13,452 nt of DNA from Fidelibacterota bacterium (GTDB taxonomy: Bacteria > Fidelibacterota > Marinisomatia > Marinisomatales > TCS55), in assembly GCA_046861385.1 (NCBI GenBank), contig JBHHTW010000045.1:1-13452 (forward strand), in the 5' to 3' direction. Within the stretch, counting starts at the first letter, position 1. Each line of letters begins with the position of its first letter. The position numbers and the translations under genes are program-made. Shown here piece by piece: positions 7,265 to 13,452 of this stretch. Under the pieces are notes generated by a model. That model saw nothing but the letters and a program-made list of their open reading frames with translations, was not told where the DNA came from and did not search any database.

Positions 7265-9112
7265 ATGACACATTTAAAAAAAAGAAAAATGAGAAAAGAA
7301 ACATTTAGAAATATTGCAATTATAGCCCACGTTGATCACGGTAAAACAACACTCGTTGATGGGATGCTGAAACAAAGCGGTACATTTCATGCACACCAAA
7401 AAGTTGACGATCGTGTTATGGATTCCATGGATCTTGAAAAAGAGCGTGGAATTACAATCGCAGCCAAGAATACAGCTGTCTATTATAAAGGTGTTAAGAT
7501 AAATATTATGGATACACCCGGCCATGCTGATTTTGGGGGAGAGGTTGAGCGCAGTCTGAATCTTGTGGATGGTGCGTTACTCCTTGTGGATGCCAGTGAA
7601 GGACCATTACCTCAGACGCGATTTGTATTGAAAAAAGCACTTGAAAAACAACTCCCCATCATTCTCGTTATCAATAAAATTGATCGGGCTGACGCAAGAG
7701 TTGATGAAGTTATCGACGAAGTGTACGATTTATTCATCGATTTGGATGCAACGGATACACAAATTGAATTCCCAATCCTCTATACCCATGCAAAAGCAGG
7801 TGTGGCTCATTTGGAATTAGCAGATTCTTCGGATAATTTTCAACCACTTTTCGACACGATTATTTCAAAAATTCCTGGACCGGTTGCGGATGCCTCATTG
7901 ATACCACAATTTCTGGTGACAAATTTGGATTATGATTCCTACGTTGGACAAGTGGCGATTGGTAGATTAAATAATGGGTTATTGGAAATAAATAAGCAGT
8001 ATTCTCTTTGCGCAAAAGACGGAATCACCCACGGTCATAAATTTTCAGCATTATTTACATTCAGGGGATTGGATAGAATACCAGTTGACCGACTTGAGGC
8101 GGGAGATATAATCGCCGTAGCCGGTTTGGAAAATATCACAATAGGAGATACGATATCCTCTAACGAAAATCCAAAACCTCTCCCGAGAATTCAGATAGAT
8201 GAACCCACCGTATCCATGCTCTTTTATGTAAATGATAGTCCTTTTGCCGGAAAAGAGGGAAAATTTCTGACCACGCGCCACATACAAGAAAGACTTCAGA
8301 AAGAAATTTTACGTAATGTTTCCCTTCAGGTTTTATCCACAGATAAGACAAATATATTTGAAGTGAGAGGTCGGGGTGAGTTGCAAATGGCAGTATTGAT
8401 AGAAACCATGCGACGTGAGGGATATGAATTCATGGTATCTAAGCCACATGTTATTACGCATGAAGAAAATGGTACCATAATGGAACCCATGGAAAAGGTA
8501 TTTCTAGATATTCCTGAGGACAAAGTCGGTATTGTTACTGAAAAATTATCCGGAAGAAAGGGAAAAATGACCCACCTGCAAAACCATGGACACGGTCGTG
8601 TATCAATGGAATTTTCAATCCCTTCGAGAGGATTAATCGGTTTTCGCAGCCAATTTATGACAGATACTCAGGGCGCGGGAATCATGAATAAACTGTTTGA
8701 TGGTTATGCTCCCTGGTTTGGACGTATCCCTCAACGTAATAGCGGTGCTTTGGTGGCTGACCGGAATGGTAAAGTTACAACATATGCCTGTGTTGGGATG
8801 GCAGATCGCGGTGAATTATTTATCAGCGTTGGAACAGAAGTATATGATGGAATGGTTATTGGAGAGAGGAATAAATCGGATGATTTAACCGTAAATATCA
8901 CTCGAGAAAAAAAACTGTCGAATATGAGAAGTTCAGGATCGGATAATACAGTGACACTTCGTCCGCCCAGACAGCTTTCTCTCGATCAATCCATTGAATT
9001 TATTGCAGAAGATGAACTGGTGGAAGTCACACCGAAATCGATTCGATTGCGAAAAATGGAATTGGATCAGCATAAACGGCTATCCCGACGGAAAAAAGAA
9101 AAGTATGCTTGA
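7265..9112 (+). CDS. typA: Translational GTPase TypA/BipA
   Basis: [18 protein letters not shown] (G1), ERGITI (G2), [14 protein letters not shown] (G3), NKID (G4), GRGELQ, and the TypA-specific C-terminus [20 protein letters not shown]. The true start may be the ATG at 7289 (MRKETFRN). Confidence 0.98.
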   Translation: MTHLKKRKMRKETFRNIAIIAHVDHGKTTLVDGMLKQSGTFHAHQKVDDRVMDSMDLEKERGITIAAKNTAVYYKGVKINIMDTPGHADFGGEVERSLNLVDGALLLVDASEGPLPQTRFVLKKALEKQLPIILVINKIDRADARVDEVIDEVYDLFIDLDATDTQIEFPILYTHAKAGVAHLELADSSDNFQPLFDTIISKIPGPVADASLIPQFLVTNLDYDSYVGQVAIGRLNNGLLEINKQYSLCAKDGITHGHKFSALFTFRGLDRIPVDRLEAGDIIAVAGLENITIGDTISSNENPKPLPRIQIDEPTVSMLFYVNDSPFAGKEGKFLTTRHIQERLQKEILRNVSLQVLSTDKTNIFEVRGRGELQMAVLIETMRREGYEFMVSKPHVITHEENGTIMEPMEKVFLDIPEDKVGIVTEKLSGRKGKMTHLQNHGHGRVSMEFSIPSRGLIGFRSQFMTDTQGAGIMNKLFDGYAPWFGRIPQRNSGALVADRNGKVTTYACVGMADRGELFISVGTEVYDGMVIGERNKSDDLTVNITREKKLSNMRSSGSDNTVTLRPPRQLSLDQSIEFIAEDELVEVTPKSIRLRKMELDQHKRLSRRKKEKYA

Positions 9113-9256
9113 ATAGACTGTTGTAGGAGGATGATAGCTTTCTGATAAATTTCCTGTTCCAGATAGGATTGATTATCATGATGGAGTTTGAAACAACGTA
9201 GAATTTTAATTCTCATGAGGGTTTTATTATTTCATAAAATTGAAGTATACTTATCT

Positions 9257-10018
9257 ATGACGATTCGATTAATATATAGTTTATTCATGATTTCAATTAT
9301 GATAGGATCTGAATTGGATGATGGCATCATTGCCTATGAGAAAAGGGCAGATGGCGCCATTGGTGCAAAAGCACTATCACCCAATATTGATATGGCGATT
9401 ACTGTTTTTGAAAAAGCGGTCAGTGATCCCCACCTTGAAGAAATATCCTCTCTATATCTCTTAAAGTCATATTATTATAAGGGTACCTTTGTGCTGACAG
9501 ATGAGAATGAACGTAAAATTGAGTATACAAAGGGTAAAGTTTTGGGTGAAGAAATGGTGGCAAAATATCCTGATTCAGCCAATCTTCGATACTGGTATTT
9601 GACCTGCCTGGGTAAATGGGCGGAAGTATATGGAATATTCAATGCGGCCAAAGAAGGTGTGGCAGATTTAATGAAGGAACATTCCGAAGCGATTATTGAA
9701 TTGGATCCCGAACTTGAGAATGGCGGCGGATACTTTATGCTGGGCGCTGTCCATTTTAAATCTCCATATATACCATTTATTCTTTCCTGGCCTGACAATG
9801 ATGATGCTATCCTTTGGTTGCAAAAAGCAGTAAATATGGGTGAAGCTACCCCGGTGCAAAATAATTACCTTGCAAGAGCATTGTATAAAAATGGACAGAA
9901 AAAGAAAGCAATTCGATTGGTACGGGAAGTGATTTCTACGCCTCCCGATCCGGAGAACCTTGTGGAAGAACGGTTCGAAATTGATGAAGCAAAAAGATTA
10001 TTAACAGAATTTAAATAG
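9257..10018 (+). CDS. Exported TPR-like helical repeat protein, function unknown
   Basis: ORF track gives 9188 (TTG). ATG 9257 gives a signal-peptide-like N-terminus (MTIRLIYSLFMISIMIG). TPR-like patterns include AKYPDSANLRYWY, AIIELDPE..NGGGYFMLG and YLARALYKNGQKKKA. Start is uncertain. Confidence 0.75.
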   Translation: MTIRLIYSLFMISIMIGSELDDGIIAYEKRADGAIGAKALSPNIDMAITVFEKAVSDPHLEEISSLYLLKSYYYKGTFVLTDENERKIEYTKGKVLGEEMVAKYPDSANLRYWYLTCLGKWAEVYGIFNAAKEGVADLMKEHSEAIIELDPELENGGGYFMLGAVHFKSPYIPFILSWPDNDDAILWLQKAVNMGEATPVQNNYLARALYKNGQKKKAIRLVREVISTPPDPENLVEERFEIDEAKRLLTEFK

Positions 10019-10027
10019 GAAAAAAAC

Positions 10028-10444
10028 ATGAGTTACGAAAATATATTATTAGCATTATGTTGTAGAGGTGACGAACGAGAAGTTATTTACGAAGCCGTAG
10101 AACTAAAGAAAAAGCTGAATGCAAATCTATCAGTAATTCACGTGGCCGAACCACATGCGGGTGAAATGTCCATGATGATGGAAGCGCCAATGAAATTCAC
10201 AGAAGATGATTTACGGGAACGGTTTGTCGTCCATGGATTTGAAAAAGAAGCAAAAGAAATTTCCATCAAAATTATTATTGATGAAAATATATCAAAAGTT
10301 ATTTCCCAGGAATCCGAAAATGCGGATTTATTAATCCTCGGTCATCGAAAACAAAGCTCGTTCAAAAAACATTTTTTTGATTCTGTTGATGAAGGGATAG
10401 TCAACCATGCGCAATGCCCGGTTATGGTCGTTCTTAAAGATTAA
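10028..10444 (+). CDS. Universal stress protein (UspA family)
   Basis: YENILLA start, LSVIHV strand, ADLLILG, and the C-terminal AQCPVMVV are typical USP elements; 138 aa. AGGA ribosome-binding site upstream. Confidence 0.92.
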   Translation: MSYENILLALCCRGDEREVIYEAVELKKKLNANLSVIHVAEPHAGEMSMMMEAPMKFTEDDLRERFVVHGFEKEAKEISIKIIIDENISKVISQESENADLLILGHRKQSSFKKHFFDSVDEGIVNHAQCPVMVVLKD

Positions 10445-10504
10445 AATCAATCTACTTTTATTCATATTGTCCATTCTTCAATTAATAGCCACTATGAGGT
10501 TCCC

Positions 10505-13003
10505 ATGTTCAGAACATATTTTATAATAATTATCTTTTCAACTTGCTCATTTTGTGCTCAGCCGCGACCCTTTCACTCTGCACCTGACAGAGAAAAAGAT
10601 ATCATTCATATGTCCATTGACATTGATGTAGATATTATTGAAGGAACCATCAATGGATCAGTCAGTCATACTTTTAGTCCTTTTTCCAGTTCAACTAAAC
10701 GAGTTTCATTTGATGCTGAAAACATTACAATACACCGGGTAGCTCTTGGGAATAAATTATTAACATTTACACAAAACGAAGAAAATCTATGGATTAACCT
10801 TGATAAAAATTATGGTTGGAACGATACATTAACCATTTCGATTAATTTCACATCAAATCCGACAATTGGTTTTTATTTCATCCGTCCGGATTCCAGTTAT
10901 CCCGATAAAAATCTACAGGCTTGGACGCAAGGAGAAGATACTGATAATCACTATTGGATACCCCTCTATGATTATCCAAATGATAAAATGACATGGGATT
11001 GTAAAATTAAAGTAGATAAACCACTAACCGCCATTTCAAACGGTGAACTTGTTTCTGTGACAGAATCGGAAGATCAAAGGATATTTCATTGGCGGGAAAA
11101 TATACCGAATGTCAGCTATTTGCTCTCGATAGCTGTAGGGAATTACAAAAAGGTAGAAGATGAATGGAACGGTATCCCGGTGAATTATTGGATTTATAAA
11201 CAACACTCTCGAGAGGATGCGTTACGCTCTTTTGGAAAAACACCGGATATGATTGAATTTTTCAGTGAAGTTACTGGAGTGCCATATCCGTTCGAAAAAT
11301 ATGATCAAACTATTATCGAAGATTTTATGTGGGGCGGTATGGAAAATGTTACTAACACTCATCAGACAGATCGAACGATGCATAAAGAAAATGTTAGACC
11401 CATTCATACCAGTGATGGGCTTGTTGCCCATGAACTCGCTCATATGTGGTTCGGAGATTACCTAACCACAAGAAATTGGCCCAATATTTGGTTGAATGAA
11501 GGTTTTGCAACTTACTTGGAATTACTATGGACAGAGCATGAGTCCGGTTCCGAATTGGCTGAATATGAACGGCTGCAAAACCTAGGTGCCACCATCAGAG
11601 CTGATAAGGCTTATAGACGCCCTACGCTTCAGCCCTACTTTTATAATTCCATTGAATTATTTGATGCCAATATCTATGCTAAGGGATCAGTTATTTTGAA
11701 TATGATTCGCAGATACCTTGGAGACGATGCATTTTTCAGATCAATAAAATATTACACACAAAAAAATGCCGCTAATAATGTTGAAACCACCGATTTAAAA
11801 AAAGCCATTGAAATAACAACAGGAAAGAATCTTGACTGGTTTTTTAAGCAATGGGTTTATAAACCTGGAGTTCCTGATTTAACGGCCAGTTACCGCTACA
11901 ACCGTAGCAGTAAAATGGTTTCATTGACACTAAAGCAAACACAGGATATTAAAACGACATCTTTATTCAAACTGCCGATGACCATAGTCATTGATGATGG
12001 CCGTATTCATCGTTATGAGATCTTTTTTGACAAAGAAGAAGATACATTCACATTTCCTGCAGAAATGAAACCACGTATGGTGATCGTGGATGAAGGATTT
12101 CAAATCCCAAAAAACTTAACGTTTAAAAAGAAAACAAACGAACTGTTATACCAATTACAGAATGCTCCAGCTCCTAATGATAGAATTTGGGCAGCGCGTG
12201 AATTAAAGGAAACTCGTTCTACAATCAAAATTCAAAGAACATTGATTTCTATGTTAACCGAAGAACCAAAATGGTATGTGCGCCGGGAAGCAGTTAGAAC
12301 GTATCAAAAGCTCAAACCGCGAAAGGGCGAAACTGATCTTATGATGCATTACGAAAGTCAGGATGAGCGCGTTCAGCGATCTATTATCGAAGCATTGAAG
12401 GAATATGATACCAATGAAGTCAGTGCATTCCTGATTGATGTGATCGAGAATGAGGAAAATGATTATATTGTCAGTACTGCATTATCAACTCTAATAAAAA
12501 TCGATTTGGAGAAAGCCAAGGAAAAATTCGATTGGGCCATGGAAAAGGAATCTCACAATGAAACCATCCGTTCCACAGCCTTAAATATTTTGTCTGAAGA
12601 AAAAACGGATGAGAATCTGGAAAAACTCAAGGAAATGGCAATGTATGGAAAGGCTTCCTATAACTTACGACCATCCATTTTCAGACGCATTGCAACTTTT
12701 AGGAAAGACTACCCCGATTTGATAGAATATTTTTCAGAAAATTTATACGATAAAAATCGATATGTAAGATGGGTGTGTACTGATCAAATCATTCAGAATG
12801 GATCGGTCGACCAATTTGCTGATGTGTTGGAAATGGCGAATGTAGATCCGCTCCGTGGAAGGAAAATATCAGATATACATGATGCATTAGATCAGCGATT
12901 GGGAAAAGCAAAAAAATCGAAAGATAGAAAAGAGATTAAAGAAGTTAAAAAGATGCAGGAAATATTTGCTGAATATGCCGAAAACTGGAGCAATAAAAAG
13001 TGA
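10505..13003 (+). CDS. M1-family zinc aminopeptidase (aminopeptidase N-like) with C-terminal HEAT-like repeats, probably exported
   Basis: GGMEN exopeptidase motif (aa 277-281), HELAH-18x-E zinc motif (H309, H313, E332), IYAKG catalytic Tyr region, helical repeats (RIWAAREL, WYVRREAV, ERVQRSIIEAL). Hydrophobic N-terminus. GAGGT ribosome-binding site at 10496-10500. Confidence 0.93.
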   Translation: MFRTYFIIIIFSTCSFCAQPRPFHSAPDREKDIIHMSIDIDVDIIEGTINGSVSHTFSPFSSSTKRVSFDAENITIHRVALGNKLLTFTQNEENLWINLDKNYGWNDTLTISINFTSNPTIGFYFIRPDSSYPDKNLQAWTQGEDTDNHYWIPLYDYPNDKMTWDCKIKVDKPLTAISNGELVSVTESEDQRIFHWRENIPNVSYLLSIAVGNYKKVEDEWNGIPVNYWIYKQHSREDALRSFGKTPDMIEFFSEVTGVPYPFEKYDQTIIEDFMWGGMENVTNTHQTDRTMHKENVRPIHTSDGLVAHELAHMWFGDYLTTRNWPNIWLNEGFATYLELLWTEHESGSELAEYERLQNLGATIRADKAYRRPTLQPYFYNSIELFDANIYAKGSVILNMIRRYLGDDAFFRSIKYYTQKNAANNVETTDLKKAIEITTGKNLDWFFKQWVYKPGVPDLTASYRYNRSSKMVSLTLKQTQDIKTTSLFKLPMTIVIDDGRIHRYEIFFDKEEDTFTFPAEMKPRMVIVDEGFQIPKNLTFKKKTNELLYQLQNAPAPNDRIWAARELKETRSTIKIQRTLISMLTEEPKWYVRREAVRTYQKLKPRKGETDLMMHYESQDERVQRSIIEALKEYDTNEVSAFLIDVIENEENDYIVSTALSTLIKIDLEKAKEKFDWAMEKESHNETIRSTALNILSEEKTDENLEKLKEMAMYGKASYNLRPSIFRRIATFRKDYPDLIEYFSENLYDKNRYVRWVCTDQIIQNGSVDQFADVLEMANVDPLRGRKISDIHDALDQRLGKAKKSKDRKEIKEVKKMQEIFAEYAENWSNKK

Positions 13004-13452
13004 TTTCCATCTGGCTGATCCCAGCCGAAGGAGACAGCGAATATTTACAAAAGATTATTAACGATTTGGCGTCTGAATACCATGCGCCTGTTTTTTCTCC
13101 CCACTGTACCTTATACAGTCTGGTTGACCTCGAGGTCAAAGAATTAGTTACTATTCTTGATAAAGCTTCGGAAGGAATGCGGCCCATTTATGTAACTGTG
13201 GATAAACTAAATTATTCACCAAATATTTGGAAAACGGTTTTCATAGAATTGGAATTATCAAAGGAATTGGAAAAACTTCAAAGTAGAGTTTTCAGTTTGC
13301 TTCCGAATCCAAAACCGTATGATTTTTCACCCCACATCAGTTTGATTTATAAGGAAATGCCATTTGATCAAAAACAAAGGATTATTCGTAATTTATCTGT
13401 AAGGAATTCTTATAAAATGGACAAAATGATCGCTATGAAAACAGGACCCGAA
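13000..13452 (+). CDS. 2H phosphoesterase, cyclic phosphodiesterase (CPDase)-like; 3'-truncated by the window edge
   Basis: Absent from the ORF track. GTG at 13000 overlaps the peptidase TGA (GTGA). Open for 151 codons to the window end: MISIWLIPAEGD...FSPHCTL...YDFSPHISLIY... with two HxT/S motifs (H35, H112). Confidence 0.88.
   Translation, partial: MISIWLIPAEGDSEYLQKIINDLASEYHAPVFSPHCTLYSLVDLEVKELVTILDKASEGMRPIYVTVDKLNYSPNIWKTVFIELELSKELEKLQSRVFSLLPNPKPYDFSPHISLIYKEMPFDQKQRIIRNLSVRNSYKMDKMIAMKTGPE

Noticed and set aside
7276-7283. A8 tract as a phase-variation switch in typA
   Set aside because: It lies upstream of the plausible alternative start at 7289, and A-runs are common in this AT-rich sequence.
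9125-9145. AGGAGG followed by a 4-codon mini-ORF (ATG ATA GCT TTC TGA)
   Set aside because: There is zero spacing between the SD-like sequence and the ATG, so efficient initiation is unlikely.
9169-9252. FNR-like site TTGAT-TATC-ATGAT and short palindromes (CTCATGAG, AAGTATACTT) upstream of the TPR gene
   Set aside because: Two mismatches in the second FNR half-site. The palindromes are short and unrelated to one another, so they are unsupported without comparative data.
190-13187. Short ORF-track entries overlapping the long genes (e.g. 190-375, 1038-1331, 3928-4218, 6880-7071, 8697-8888, 9475-9798, 11253-11465, 12945-13187)
   Set aside because: They lie antisense or out of frame within well-supported genes and have no recognisable motifs; they are typical shadow ORFs.

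Overview
AT-rich bacterial chromosomal window (taxon cannot be determined from sequence alone) with two parts. (1) 142-7110 is a signalling cluster: a membrane sensor histidine kinase (HK1) whose extracytoplasmic domain carries a single CxxCH c-type heme motif, followed by four PAS domains; a translationally coupled stand-alone receiver resembling the tail of a hybrid kinase; a second membrane kinase (HK2: Cache-like, PAS, GAF, PAS); and a convergent stand-alone Hpt. Together these suggest a split His-Asp-His phosphorelay with no output regulator in the window. Two near-identical 44-bp hairpin repeats sit just upstream of HK1. (2) 7265-13452 is a co-oriented run: typA/bipA, an exported TPR-like protein, an atypical universal stress protein, an M1 aminopeptidase with a helical-repeat tail, and a 2H (CPDase-like) phosphoesterase that the ORF track missed and that runs off the right edge. 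I see no rRNA, tRNA, transposase or CRISPR array. All domain calls come from motif recognition by eye, not from database searches.
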